From NCBI GenBank assembly GCA_963710065.1, contig CAVPYU010000009.1, forward strand, positions 127,065-191,064: a stretch of 64,000 nt of DNA. The letters run 5' to 3'. Shown piece by piece: positions 45,683 through 55,657 of this stretch. Source of the DNA: an uncultured Thermoleophilia bacterium (GTDB lineage Bacteria > Actinomycetota > Thermoleophilia > Solirubrobacterales > CAVPYU01). The notes under the pieces are model-generated. The model saw only the letters and a program-made list of their open reading frames with translations. It did no database searches and had not been told where the DNA came from. The position numbers and the translations under genes were made by a program. Within the stretch, counting starts at the first letter, position 1; each line of letters begins with the position of its first letter.

Positions 45683-47071
45683 CTAGCAACCTTGGTATTC
45701 ACCTGCCGATTTCCAGACGATCTGTCCGTAGTCACGGTTGGTTGTGTGACGCCCGTTTAACGGGTTCCACTTGTTGTGGACAGGGACACTGTCAAGCCAG
45801 CTAATGTGGATTGCTGAGTAGGTTGCCTTGTCACCATTAGAGCATTGGCCAGGTGCAGGATTGGTAATCAGGTGCCTGCCACCGGAGCCGATGCCACCGT
45901 TGAAATTGAGCTCGAACCGCTTCAGCTGAATCCAGACACCGAGCGAACCGCCGCCGATGTCTACATCGTCCTTGTTCCTGGGTAGGTCGAGCATCGTGCC
46001 CTTTACGTAACCATTGGCCTGCTCCAAGCCAATCTCAAGAACCAGGTCATCCCCGGTCTGTGCTCCAAGCAGCCTTGAATCGATGTATGCATGCAATGTA
46101 CCGATCTGGCTACCTGAACCAACGCTGGTTACACATACCGACCCACTGATCGGCTGATCTTGAAAGTTGAGCTGCGGCCAGTCCTTCAGGTAGAAACTGG
46201 TCAATGAGCTTACGGTTCCAACCTTTGCAGGCGATGCGTCACAGCTCTCCTTGGAGTTTTGACCACCAAACGGTGTACCAGTACTGCTCGTAACACCGGG
46301 GTCAAGTGTCATACCCCTTGGAAAGTTGAAGTAGACATCCTTGATCGGAGCATCGTCTGTGTGCGCCGAGTAGTCCGTCGTAATCGTGACATCACCCGTG
46401 CTCTGACCGGCCTGCAAGCTGTCAACATCGAACAAGACTTTCGGCTGGAATACACAGTCCGATGTATTGTTCAACTGAATCGACGCTTGGTCTACCCACT
46501 CGAACGGTAACTCGTAGTCCGATGTCCTGTAGTCGACGTCCGGTCCGCCCGGGTTGCGTTGGAATCCGGTATTGGTCTGCAACAGGTAGTCGCCACTCGA
46601 CGAAGAACCGCACGATAGCTTTCCAATACTCCTCTCAGACTTGCCGGTCGAGCCCGACCTGATCCAGTCCCAGTACCAACAGCGTGTGTTTGCCGGAACG
46701 CTCGAGCAGTCGAGGGAACGAACGCTACTTGTACGCTGACCGCTATTTTTGACCTTGCCACCTAAGCGACTGATCTTCTTCGTCGTCGGTGTCTGGCCAA
46801 GGTACTTTGACAGGCGGTTTAGCTTCTTCAGCGCGCTCTTTGAAGGCTGGCCCTTGGAAGCAACCGGCTTGTCACCGGAAACCGTTTCGTCCGGCGCCGA
46901 GACAGCCTCGCCCTTTTCAGGAACAGAGATGTTCTTCTTTATTACCTTGTTGTTCTTTTGAACAGGCTTTTGCTTGCTCGTGAACTTACCTGCCTGCGCA
47001 GCAGGAGCGATCATCAGCCCCACCGTTAGACCGGCCACGATAAAGCCGTATAGAGTGCGATTCCTTTGCAT
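45683..47071 (-). CDS. secreted protein of unknown function
   Basis: The ORF runs to 47143. The start is placed at ATG 47071 (GGAGG RBS), giving signal peptide MQRNRTLYGFIVAGLTVGLMIAPAAQA. It has a Lys-rich N-terminal linker and a Cys-containing body. No recognised domain. Confidence 0.7.
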   Translation of the reverse strand: MQRNRTLYGFIVAGLTVGLMIAPAAQAGKFTSKQKPVQKNNKVIKKNISVPEKGEAVSAPDETVSGDKPVASKGQPSKSALKKLNRLSKYLGQTPTTKKISRLGGKVKNSGQRTSSVRSLDCSSVPANTRCWYWDWIRSGSTGKSERSIGKLSCGSSSSGDYLLQTNTGFQRNPGGPDVDYRTSDYELPFEWVDQASIQLNNTSDCVFQPKVLFDVDSLQAGQSTGDVTITTDYSAHTDDAPIKDVYFNFPRGMTLDPGVTSSTGTPFGGQNSKESCDASPAKVGTVSSLTSFYLKDWPQLNFQDQPISGSVCVTSVGSGSQIGTLHAYIDSRLLGAQTGDDLVLEIGLEQANGYVKGTMLDLPRNKDDVDIGGGSLGVWIQLKRFELNFNGGIGSGGRHLITNPAPGQCSNGDKATYSAIHISWLDSVPVHNKWNPLNGRHTTNRDYGQIVWKSAGEYQGC

Positions 47072-47213
47072 CTTTTTACCTCCCCGTAAAAAGTTGTTTG
47101 CTTTTAAGGAAAATTGACAAGAGCCACTGCTGACTTCCTCCATTGGATGACTGCAGTAACTCCCCTACTTAGTAGAAGGCAACTTTTGGCACAAATGGCA
47201 GTGAGAAATTTTT

Positions 47214-47867
47214 CTAGAAGCGGAAGCTCTCGAGAACGGTCTTTGCCAGACCCTTTGCACCGACCTGCGTCGCACGATCGAAGTCGGCGGATTTGCCGGC
47301 CAGAGCTGTGATCACAACTCCACCCGACGCGTCGGGCCTAGGAAGGAGTATCAAGCGGCCCAGGATCTTGCCCTTCTTGAATTCTACGCCTGGCATAGGT
47401 GCGGCGGTGGCCGTGAAAAAGAGTTGATAGGCGTTCATGTTGCCGACCTTTGTCCAGCCTTCCTGCAGAAATCTGTATCCAGGGTATTCGCGCTCGGTTC
47501 TCTGTCTGTAGCGCTCCATCAGTATCGGCAACTCGGCGACCTTCAAACTTGCATCACCGTCTGTTTCCAGATAGCCGAAACTCACTTGCTCACGCAGTTT
47601 GCCGTCGCGTTTGGACGTGAGGACAACGTAGTTGCGCTCGTCGCCTACGTCCACCCCGGTCTTTTTTTGGAACTTCTTCGAATAGTCGAACTTGAAGCTG
47701 ATCTGCGGCATCCCTAGATCGTCGGCCCGATCGGCGGTCATCTTGAAGCTCGCGTTGTTTGAGATGCCACAGCCGGTGAAAGCCGCGACAACTATAAAGA
47801 AGCTTGCCAGCAACCCCAACCCAGGGAGAGTGATTATCTTTATTGGTTCTAGCTGTGAACTCTTCAT
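47214..47867 (-). CDS. lipoprotein of unknown function
   Basis: 217-aa ORF with a signal peptide and lipobox-like AAFTGC. Confidence 0.65.
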   Translation of the reverse strand: MKSSQLEPIKIITLPGLGLLASFFIVVAAFTGCGISNNASFKMTADRADDLGMPQISFKFDYSKKFQKKTGVDVGDERNYVVLTSKRDGKLREQVSFGYLETDGDASLKVAELPILMERYRQRTEREYPGYRFLQEGWTKVGNMNAYQLFFTATAAPMPGVEFKKGKILGRLILLPRPDASGGVVITALAGKSADFDRATQVGAKGLAKTVLESFRF

Positions 47868-47881
47868 ATTCGAGATATCAC

Positions 47882-49108
47882 CTAGATCCGGATCGTCCGA
47901 CTCATCGACGGCGCTGCGACCGCGATCGCCGCAACGACCCAGAATATTGTCGCGATCCGGTTTACGTTCGCCGGGTTGTCGAGCATGCTAAATGCAAAGA
48001 ACCCGACCAGAGCAATAAGGGCAGCAACCGAATACCGGTTTCTATCAAGCGCACCGCGCAGAGATTTCACAATCAGAGCAATTGATATCCAAAGGAGCGA
48101 TAAAAAGGCGACCGGACCGGCCTCGACCCACCATGTCAGCCAGAAGTTGTGGGCGTGCCTGAACGACGACTTTGGATACGCCGCGTTGAGGGCATCTGCA
48201 GCGCGGCCGAGGCCGACACCGAACAACCTGTTCAAGTCGATCACTTCGAACGCGGTGCTGTAGGCGCGTGGGCGACCAAAGCCGCTGACCAGCTTGCCTG
48301 AAGACAGAAGGACGCCGACAAGCAGCGCGGCAACCGCCACACCGAACACCATCAGGATGCGAGGCCGCAGACTGGGCTTGGTGGCATAGAGAGCGACCAG
48401 TATGCCAAGGATCGCGGCGCCTATCCCCGCTCTGGAGAAGGTGAGAACCAGACCCAGGCATGCAAGACCGACAAGGCCCCAGACCACGACTTTGAGTTGC
48501 AGAGTACGAACGACTCGGGCACTGAGTGCAGCGATCGGTGCCAGAAGTAGAACGCAGGTTGCCAGCAGGTTGGGGTTGGCAAACGATCCTATCGCCCTGG
48601 TGATCGATCCATCCGGCGGCCCTGCCAGGTCGGTAACTGGCGTGAAGCCGACCCGGTAGAAGCCGGTGTGCTCACCCTGTGCGAACTGTGCGACGCCTTC
48701 CGAGGCCGCCGCAGCGACACCCACCAGCGCAACAAGCGCAAGTGCGTCCATGGCGTTCACATCGGTTCTACAAAGGGCGACGACCAGGTAAAAGAGTGCA
48801 ACAGACTCAATCAGGAAACGAAACTGCGCTCCTCCCATGCCTGCCTTGATCGTCGCCAGCAAAGCGAAGATACATAGAAGCGCGATCGGGATCTCCAGCC
48901 CAGTCACAAAGATCTTCCATTTCAGGCCGTGCAGTATCAGTATCGACCCAAGCCCCATGATAATCAGCAGGCGCGCAAGGGTTATCTTGAATACGCTGTC
49001 GATCGGTAGAAGCTCTGTCGCAGAGCCAAAAAGCATCGCGCAAGCAGCCACCAGCGGTACCGTCGCAAGAACCGTCCGCGTTCTACTGCTCAAGCGAAGT
49101 TGCTCCAA
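47882..49108 (-). CDS. O-antigen ligase-like (Wzy_C domain) polytopic membrane protein
   Basis: 408-aa ORF with ~10-12 TM segments. A periplasmic loop carries FSRAGIGAAILG...H.HN (…SSFRHAHNFWLTWWVEAG), typical of the WaaL/Wzy_C family. Confidence 0.7.
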   Translation of the reverse strand: MEQLRLSSRTRTVLATVPLVAACAMLFGSATELLPIDSVFKITLARLLIIMGLGSILILHGLKWKIFVTGLEIPIALLCIFALLATIKAGMGGAQFRFLIESVALFYLVVALCRTDVNAMDALALVALVGVAAAASEGVAQFAQGEHTGFYRVGFTPVTDLAGPPDGSITRAIGSFANPNLLATCVLLLAPIAALSARVVRTLQLKVVVWGLVGLACLGLVLTFSRAGIGAAILGILVALYATKPSLRPRILMVFGVAVAALLVGVLLSSGKLVSGFGRPRAYSTAFEVIDLNRLFGVGLGRAADALNAAYPKSSFRHAHNFWLTWWVEAGPVAFLSLLWISIALIVKSLRGALDRNRYSVAALIALVGFFAFSMLDNPANVNRIATIFWVVAAIAVAAPSMSRTIRI

Positions 49109-49144
49109 TTGACAGCTGTTCGACCTATGTTCTCGATAACAGTC

Positions 49145-49825
49145 CTATATCGAATGTGACTGGCCCGGCTCCAACACTACGACCTTGGTCGATCCCTTTG
49201 ACTCAACGTCCGACTTGAACGCGTTCGGATCGCTCTCGATCGGTGGGAAGGTGTCGAAGTGCATCGGGATGACCTGCTTCGGCCGTATCAGCTCAACGGC
49301 TGTAGCTGCATCTACGCTATCCATGGTGTAGAAGCCACCGATCGGGACGAGGGCCAAATCGATCGGCGTACGATCTGCAACCAGCTTGAAATCTGAAGTC
49401 AGCGCCGTATCGCCCAAGTGATAGATCGTCTTGCCGTCGATGCCCACCACAAAGCCGTGTGCAACCGTGCATGGGCCACCCTCTATCTGAGAGGTGTGGA
49501 TCGCTGGAACAAGCTTCGCCCAACCACCATCGAACTCCACCGTACCGCCGATGTTGGCTCCCTGGTTGCCACCGGTAGCACCCTCGGACTCACACCATCC
49601 AGTTAGTTCAACGGTCCCGGCGATCGGTGCACCGGTTCGCTTGGCTATCTCGATCGTGTCGCCCAAGTGATCGAAGTGACCATGAGTCACCAGAATCTGC
49701 GTCGGATTCAACTCATCATGCGATGCCGACGCCTTTGGGTTTTCCGAGAGAAATGGGTCTATCAGAATCTCGGTCCCGTTGTTCGATATCTGAAAGCACG
49801 AATGACCATGCCATGTAATTTCCAC
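49145..49825 (-). CDS. metal-dependent hydrolase, UPF0173 (MBL fold)
   Basis: 226-aa ORF, MEITWHGHSCFQI...ILIDPF...ILVTHGHFDHLGD. Confidence 0.85.
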   Translation of the reverse strand: MEITWHGHSCFQISNNGTEILIDPFLSENPKASASHDELNPTQILVTHGHFDHLGDTIEIAKRTGAPIAGTVELTGWCESEGATGGNQGANIGGTVEFDGGWAKLVPAIHTSQIEGGPCTVAHGFVVGIDGKTIYHLGDTALTSDFKLVADRTPIDLALVPIGGFYTMDSVDAATAVELIRPKQVIPMHFDTFPPIESDPNAFKSDVESKGSTKVVVLEPGQSHSI

Positions 49826-49930
49826 TGATACCGCCTCCTTTAACCTATACCCTCACGCAACGCTACTAAAGCTCAGGTCACTTTGGGACTGACGCTTGCG
49901 TGATGACAGCCATGCGGCTCGGTTATCTCC

Positions 49931-51082
49931 TCATTCAGGGCCTGCAGTCGGGCTCGCACCAGTTATCTTGACGATCTCGCGTACAAGATCCCGTAGATCC
50001 TGTTTTTTCTGCCAGAGCTTCAGTTGCCGCTGCCCTCCCGAGCCGTTTGCGATCATGTCCTCAATGCCCTCCAACTCACGGTCGGCACCGAGCTCTTTCG
50101 CGTGCGGTGTAAGTCTTTTCACCAGCCGCCTTGCCAGATCGACCGCAGATACCCGTTTGCTGTACGGAAGGTCCACCAGCTCGCCCTCCAGGCCATAACG
50201 GGCCGCAAGCCATTTATTTTCATCGAGCAGCTCGTACGGATATCGAGAAAGCTCCTTACCGTCATCGAAGTGCTCGCAGATCTCCTTGACCATGGCCAGA
50301 ACCAGCGCCGTGAGCGCCATGGTCTGCTCAAGCCTCGTCTGAGCATCGAGGACCCTGATCTCTACGGTTCCGAAGTTGGGATGGGGTCGCACATCCCACC
50401 ACAGATACGTGTAATCGTCGATCACACCCGAGCGAACCATGAAATCCACCCGATCGCTGAAATCTTCGTAGTTCTCGTACCTGGGAGGAATACCGACCCT
50501 GGGAAAGGTACGGAATATCGGTGTTCTGGTCGAAAGTATGCCGGTCGGCTCGCCTCGCCAGAAAGGTGAGTTCGCCGATAGCGCCAGCAAAACCGGCAGA
50601 TGTACTCGCATTCCGTTTGCAACGTGTATCGCCTTCTCAGGATCATCTACACCGACATGCACGTGCATTCCGAACAGAAGCTCCTGGCGAGCGATGAAAC
50701 GGAGCGACTTGACCAGATCTCGATAACGCTCCCGTGCGACAATTCGTTGTTCCTCCCACTTGGAGAACGGATGTGTGCCTGCCGAGCCGATCAGAAGATC
50801 TCTTTCCACCGCGGTTTTACCCACCTGTCGACGAAGAATCGACAGCTGCTCGTAGTTCTCGTCGAGCTTTGAACACGGGCGCGTTGCGATTTCGAGCACC
50901 GACTCCATCAGCTCTGGTTTGATCTCGCCCGCGGCATTAGACGGCGCCGCTTCTAGCATCTCCTCAACGCGGTTGACCAGACCCATCGTCTGGCTATCTA
51001 TGATCATTAGCTCTTCCTCCACACCAATCGTGTAGAGGGGACCGGTAAATCTATGCTCCACGGTTTGAGAGCCTACTGCCAC
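49931..51082 (-). CDS. carboxylate-amine ligase, YbdK/GCS2 family
   Basis: 383-aa ORF with TIGVEEELMIID, ELMESVLEIAT, GMHVHVGV and NFGTVEIRVLD. Confidence 0.85.
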   Translation of the reverse strand: MAVGSQTVEHRFTGPLYTIGVEEELMIIDSQTMGLVNRVEEMLEAAPSNAAGEIKPELMESVLEIATRPCSKLDENYEQLSILRRQVGKTAVERDLLIGSAGTHPFSKWEEQRIVARERYRDLVKSLRFIARQELLFGMHVHVGVDDPEKAIHVANGMRVHLPVLLALSANSPFWRGEPTGILSTRTPIFRTFPRVGIPPRYENYEDFSDRVDFMVRSGVIDDYTYLWWDVRPHPNFGTVEIRVLDAQTRLEQTMALTALVLAMVKEICEHFDDGKELSRYPYELLDENKWLAARYGLEGELVDLPYSKRVSAVDLARRLVKRLTPHAKELGADRELEGIEDMIANGSGGQRQLKLWQKKQDLRDLVREIVKITGASPTAGPE

Positions 51083-51141
51083 CGCCGGATTTCTTCCATA
51101 TACTCCGTACGGCTTAACCTTCTAAGGAGGATGTATTCAAG

Positions 51142-52062
51142 ATGGAAGTTCAGACCGCCGAACAACAGTCACTTCTGGCAACCCTGCCCGCCGGCAAGCG
51201 AACCAGGCTTAGGCGCCTGCTCTATGAGTTTGGCCCCGGCGATGGCGGCTTCCTGCTGTTTCTACCTCTAGATCAGGGGATCGAGCACGGTCCACGCGAC
51301 TTTTTCCCCAACCCGGACTCCAAGGATCCTGAGTACGAATTCCGGTTTGCTGCAGAGTCTGGTTACTCTGCGATTGCCTGCCAGATAGGCATGGCAACCA
51401 AGTACTACCCGGCCTATGCCGGCCAGCTGCCTTTGCTTTTGAAGATCAACGGCAAGACCGATATTCCATCCTCGGACGAGGCCTTCTCATCTCTGAACGC
51501 CTCTGTCGAAGACGCGGTGCGCCTGGGTGCGGATGCCGTCGGCTACACGCTCTATGTAGGTTCTCCCAGGCAAGATGAGGACCTGAGACAGCTGCAGAGC
51601 GTTCGCGAGGACTGCGACCGCTACGGGATGCCCCTTGTGGTTTGGAGCTACCCGCGCGGAAAAGCAGTGGATGCCAAGGGCGGAAAGGAAAGCTTCTACG
51701 CAATCGACTATGCCGCACGCATGGCCATGGAGATGGGCGCAGACGTAATCAAGCTCAACATGCCGAAGGTGAATCCGGAAACGGACAAGGATGCTCCCGC
51801 CCCGTACAACGAGATGGAGATCACCCAAGAGGAGGCCATCCGTCAATGTGTTGCCTCTGCGGGCAGGTCCCTGGTCATACTGTCCGGTGGCTCAAAGGTT
51901 GACGACGAGACCCTGCTGGGTCAGGCGAAGATGATTATGGAGGCAGGTGGCTCTGGTTGTATCTTCGGCCGCAACGTCTGGCAGCGTGAGTGGAGTGACG
52001 CCAGCCAGATCGTGGGCCAGATCAAGGAGATCCTGCAAAAGAACAGGGTACGTATCCCCTGA
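51142..52062 (+). CDS. class I fructose-bisphosphate aldolase (FbaB/DhnA family)
   Basis: 306-aa ORF with LPLDQGIEHGP, LLLKINGKT, DVIKLNMPK and the C-terminal GGSGCIFGRNVWQ. Confidence 0.8.
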   Translation: MEVQTAEQQSLLATLPAGKRTRLRRLLYEFGPGDGGFLLFLPLDQGIEHGPRDFFPNPDSKDPEYEFRFAAESGYSAIACQIGMATKYYPAYAGQLPLLLKINGKTDIPSSDEAFSSLNASVEDAVRLGADAVGYTLYVGSPRQDEDLRQLQSVREDCDRYGMPLVVWSYPRGKAVDAKGGKESFYAIDYAARMAMEMGADVIKLNMPKVNPETDKDAPAPYNEMEITQEEAIRQCVASAGRSLVILSGGSKVDDETLLGQAKMIMEAGGSGCIFGRNVWQREWSDASQIVGQIKEILQKNRVRIP

Positions 52063-52089
52063 TCAAAAAACACGCAAGAGTTCGACCGT

Positions 52090-52137
52090 CCCTTCAGCCA
52101 GGTTCAGGTATCTGGCCGAAGGGGCCGTTTTTTTCTT
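52090..52137 (+). terminator. rho-independent terminator after the aldolase gene
   Basis: CCCTTCAGCCAG-(10 nt)-CTGGCCGAAGGGG followed by CCGTTTTTTT. Confidence 0.7.
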
Positions 52138-52140
52138 TTC

Positions 52141-52626
52141 TTGATCGCAGTAACCGCAGCCTTGGCCTTGGTCGCGGTTGGCTGCGCCGGCCGTGGCAAT
52201 CTGGAGAGCGCTGAGAGCGTCGATGCCAAGGTGACCCGCGTTGTCGACGGGGACACTGTCAAGGTCTCTGTTGATGGCAGGACCGAGACAGTGCGCTACA
52301 TAGGGATCGATACCCCGGAATCTGTCAAGCCGGATGAGCCTGTCGAGTGCTATGGCGAAGAGGCTGGCAAATACAACGAGGGACTCGTTGAGGGCAAGGA
52401 GGTACGTCTTGACTTCGATTCAGAGAGGCGGGACCGCTTCGGCAGGCTGCTTGCGTATATCTATTTACACTCATCCCCTGGCAAGTCCATCAACGAGGTT
52501 CTCGTGCAGAGGGGATATGCCCGCACCTTGACGATCGAGCCGAACACTCGACTTGGCAAGCGCCTGGACAGACTGGAGAGGCGCGCCAGGGAAAAGGGGC
52601 TAGGGCTTTGGACCGAGTGCCCGTGA
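52141..52626 (+). CDS. thermonuclease (staphylococcal nuclease homologue), probable lipoprotein
   Basis: 161-aa ORF with a TTG start and lipobox-like LVAVGC. VVDGDTVKV...VRYIGIDTPE...GEEA...RDRFGRLLAYIY are SNase motifs. Confidence 0.85.
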   Translation: MIAVTAALALVAVGCAGRGNLESAESVDAKVTRVVDGDTVKVSVDGRTETVRYIGIDTPESVKPDEPVECYGEEAGKYNEGLVEGKEVRLDFDSERRDRFGRLLAYIYLHSSPGKSINEVLVQRGYARTLTIEPNTRLGKRLDRLERRAREKGLGLWTECP

Positions 52627-52628
52627 TT

Positions 52629-54890
52629 TCAGCTCTGTGACGCGAGCCTGAATGACTTTATCCTGGACGTTCTGGAGGGTTTGCGAGCCCGCGAGAACAG
52701 TGTGACCAAGGCCGGCAACACCAGCAGCGTTGCAATCCAGCTAACGATGATGATCGACGTGAGCAGTGCTCCGACAACCAGATAGGGCACCAGCGTGGCA
52801 AAAAACAGTGGAATAAATCCAATGACGATGATCAAGGCATTCCTGGTCAAAGCTCGGGCAGGCTCTTCAAAGAACTTCTGTAGAGCGGCAGCAGTTGAGC
52901 CGAATTCAGGTCGCAACTCACGATAGCGCTGTACGAAGTGAATGGCGAAGTCGACGCCGATGCCGAGCACAAGGGTGGAAAGAACCGCCATCGGCATGTC
53001 GTAGTCCTTACCGCCATAGCCAGCTACCCCGTATACAACCAAGATTGTTCCAAGCACCGGCAGCATCGACAACGCAGCCCAACGTAGAGAACGAAACAGC
53101 ACGAGCATGAGCAACAAAACCACACCCAGGGTCGAGAGAAAGGCCTTCAACATTCCCGAGACCATCTTGTCCTGCCAGACGAGATTGAGGTATGTCTCCC
53201 CGGCCCACGCAGTACTTATCCCGACAGGCAAGGGGTGCTCGTCCAGATAGGTGTTTGTCCTGTCAACGACTCGCTGCATCGCCTGGTTGTCCCCTTCCTT
53301 CATCGTCAATTGAAGGTTGGCCTCGCGATGGTCTGGGGTGATCAGATTCCGGATAGGCCCATACTTGGAAGACAATTGAGCTACGGGTAAATCTGCATAC
53401 GTAGTTGTTTGGCCGACCACATCGATGCGCGTCCAGTGCCTCTGCAGGCCAGTGACAGCGTCTATCGTTGTGGAATTCGTAAGGGTTCCTGGGCGCTCGG
53501 CTTTGAGTATCAGGCTGGCGTTGTATGTTCCGTTGAACTCGCGAGTAAGTTCTTCAGTTGCTTTACGAATCTCGCTTCCACTCTTGAACCATCGAACCGG
53601 GTTGTCGTTCACTGAGATTTGTGTGACGCCGGGTACGGCTATTAGCAATATCAAGATGAAGCCGACTACAAATATCCACGGTCGGTTGGTGGTCAATCGG
53701 CCTATCTGCTTCAGCCCGCCTGTCAGTATACGATTGCCTCCCGCGATCCCTTCTGTCGAGATGCGCTGTAGACTATCCTCGCTCAACAGCATCACAAACG
53801 CCGGGAGAAACAGCATAGTCAGCGCCCATGCAAAAAACACTCCGATTGCGATGAAGGCACCAAATACCTGCACCGGTGGGATAGGCGCGAGGGTAAGCGA
53901 CACAAAGGCAACTGCGGTGGTAAGCGAGGTGAATGTGATCGGCAGGAAAAGCTCTTTATAGACGGCACGAAGCGTTTCGTGTCTGTCCTTGTAGCGGGGA
54001 TAGCGATCAAAGAACTCACTGAGAACATGGACGCTGTCGAGGATCGCGATCGGCATGAGAAAGATCGGGATCATCGAGCTCATGATGTGCAAGCTGAAGC
54101 CCGAACCGATCAGGAGACCCATGGTCCAGATAACGCTGAGCATGGTCAGGGCCATGGCGGCCGCTGCAAACGAGATCTTGCGAAAGAAGTAGAACATGAG
54201 GAGAAAGATCAGCATGCCGGCCAGGGGAGCGAGCACCGCCATCTGGAGAAACATGTCATGTCCAAAGGCCTCCTCCGCAAGAGGTAGCCCGGCAAGATAA
54301 TGCTCCGTACCGTCAAGACCACGACTCTTGTCCACCAGCTCGTTGATCGACGATGCAACGTTATTTGCCTCGCCTTTGCTCTTCAACGGGATAAAGACGG
54401 CGAGCCCGGTTCCGTTGGCCGAAATCACACGTCCGGCCAAGAGTGCATTTTCTTCCACGGAACTCTCGATCGTGGCAATATCGGTATTTGAAAGTGGACC
54501 GGGTGGAGTCTTCGCAGTCGACATGAAACTGATGACTCCATCCGGCACGGTTCCGTCGATCGTCTTGATATCGTCGATCAGTTGCGCCGTTGCTGCGAAC
54601 TGCTTGGGAGTGAGTTTGCCTCGATCACTGATGATCCCCAACATGATCATGTTCCGAGTGCCGAAGTCATCGCTCACTGAGCTGTTGAGAACGCGCGTAG
54701 GATCGTCGCTTTTGAGCATGTTCTCCGGGTCGGTATCGATTTCGACTCCGGTAATGAGCGCTCCAAGCGCAAGCGTTATCACTACGGCAGCAAAGATGAC
54801 GCTCTTGGGCCGCCGCAACCCCAACCCGACGATGGCGTTGCCGGCAGAACTGAGCCACGATGGATTATTATCTTCTCTAAATCGTTTCAA
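52629..54890 (-). CDS. MMPL/RND-superfamily membrane transporter
   Basis: 753-aa ORF with two 6-TM bundles (SSD-like), each preceded by a large extracytoplasmic loop. Confidence 0.85.
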   Translation of the reverse strand: MKRFREDNNPSWLSSAGNAIVGLGLRRPKSVIFAAVVITLALGALITGVEIDTDPENMLKSDDPTRVLNSSVSDDFGTRNMIMLGIISDRGKLTPKQFAATAQLIDDIKTIDGTVPDGVISFMSTAKTPPGPLSNTDIATIESSVEENALLAGRVISANGTGLAVFIPLKSKGEANNVASSINELVDKSRGLDGTEHYLAGLPLAEEAFGHDMFLQMAVLAPLAGMLIFLLMFYFFRKISFAAAAMALTMLSVIWTMGLLIGSGFSLHIMSSMIPIFLMPIAILDSVHVLSEFFDRYPRYKDRHETLRAVYKELFLPITFTSLTTAVAFVSLTLAPIPPVQVFGAFIAIGVFFAWALTMLFLPAFVMLLSEDSLQRISTEGIAGGNRILTGGLKQIGRLTTNRPWIFVVGFILILLIAVPGVTQISVNDNPVRWFKSGSEIRKATEELTREFNGTYNASLILKAERPGTLTNSTTIDAVTGLQRHWTRIDVVGQTTTYADLPVAQLSSKYGPIRNLITPDHREANLQLTMKEGDNQAMQRVVDRTNTYLDEHPLPVGISTAWAGETYLNLVWQDKMVSGMLKAFLSTLGVVLLLMLVLFRSLRWAALSMLPVLGTILVVYGVAGYGGKDYDMPMAVLSTLVLGIGVDFAIHFVQRYRELRPEFGSTAAALQKFFEEPARALTRNALIIVIGFIPLFFATLVPYLVVGALLTSIIIVSWIATLLVLPALVTLFSRARKPSRTSRIKSFRLASQS

Positions 54891-54912
54891 GCTACTGCCT
54901 CAATCCGGCCCA

Positions 54913-55590
54913 TCAGACGGCCTTGTCTCCTACTTCAATATCGAGTCCTTGAGCCTTCCAGTCGGGTACACCTTCCTTTAGCCTCGACGCTTCATAGCCG
55001 TGTGCATGAAGCAGCTCAACTGCCTCGACCGCCAGCAAGCAATACGGGCCGCGACAGTAAGCAACGATCTCACTTTCGTGTGGAAGTTCTTTTAGCCTCC
55101 GCTCCAATTCCGTCAGCGGAAGCGAGATCGCCCCGGGAATATGACCTGAACGGTACTCGTCGGGTGGCCGGACATCGATGACCGTAGCCTCGCCACTGCG
55201 TACTCTCTCAAGCAGATCTGCTCCCTCGACCGGCTCCATCACGTCGCGATCTTTAAAGAACTCCCTTGTGGTGCGTTCGATATCCGCAAGATGGGATTCG
55301 GCGATGTTCCTCAGTGATCGGAAGAACTGGCAAACCTCATCGTCAACCAGGCTGTATGTGACGTAGTGCCCTTCCTTTGTTGCATCAACAAGTCGTGCAG
55401 AGCGCAGAACCTGGAGATGCTGCGACGTGTTTGCAAGGGTCTGATTGGTCTCCTCGGCCAGTGCCTCAACCGTGCGCGGACCCTGACAGAGCAGGTCGAT
55501 CAGCTCGAGTCTGCGGGGGCTGGAGACTGCCTTGCCGATAAGGGCAAGCTGTTCGTAGATGGCGTCTTTGAAGCCACGCGCTGATTCCAT
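54913..55590 (-). CDS. ArsR/SmtB-family regulator fused to a rhodanese domain
   Basis: 225-aa ORF. wHTH LIDLLCQGPRTVEALAEETNQTLANTSQHLQVLRSARLV. C-terminal rhodanese with active-site loop VAYCRGPYC. Confidence 0.85.
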   Translation of the reverse strand: MESARGFKDAIYEQLALIGKAVSSPRRLELIDLLCQGPRTVEALAEETNQTLANTSQHLQVLRSARLVDATKEGHYVTYSLVDDEVCQFFRSLRNIAESHLADIERTTREFFKDRDVMEPVEGADLLERVRSGEATVIDVRPPDEYRSGHIPGAISLPLTELERRLKELPHESEIVAYCRGPYCLLAVEAVELLHAHGYEASRLKEGVPDWKAQGLDIEVGDKAV

Positions 55591-55606
55591 GGACCATCAA
55601 GATAGC

Positions 55607-55644
55607 AGATAATTCAAGTAATCAATAGATTACTTGAATTATCT
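55607..55644. promoter_or_regulatory. perfect 17-4-17 palindrome upstream of the ArsR-rhodanese gene (candidate operator)
   Basis: AGATAATTCAAGTAATC-AATA-GATTACTTGAATTATCT, 17 nt upstream of the regulator start codon and 13 nt downstream of the permease stop. Confidence 0.5.
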
Positions 55645-55657
55645 ATATCAGATGCAT

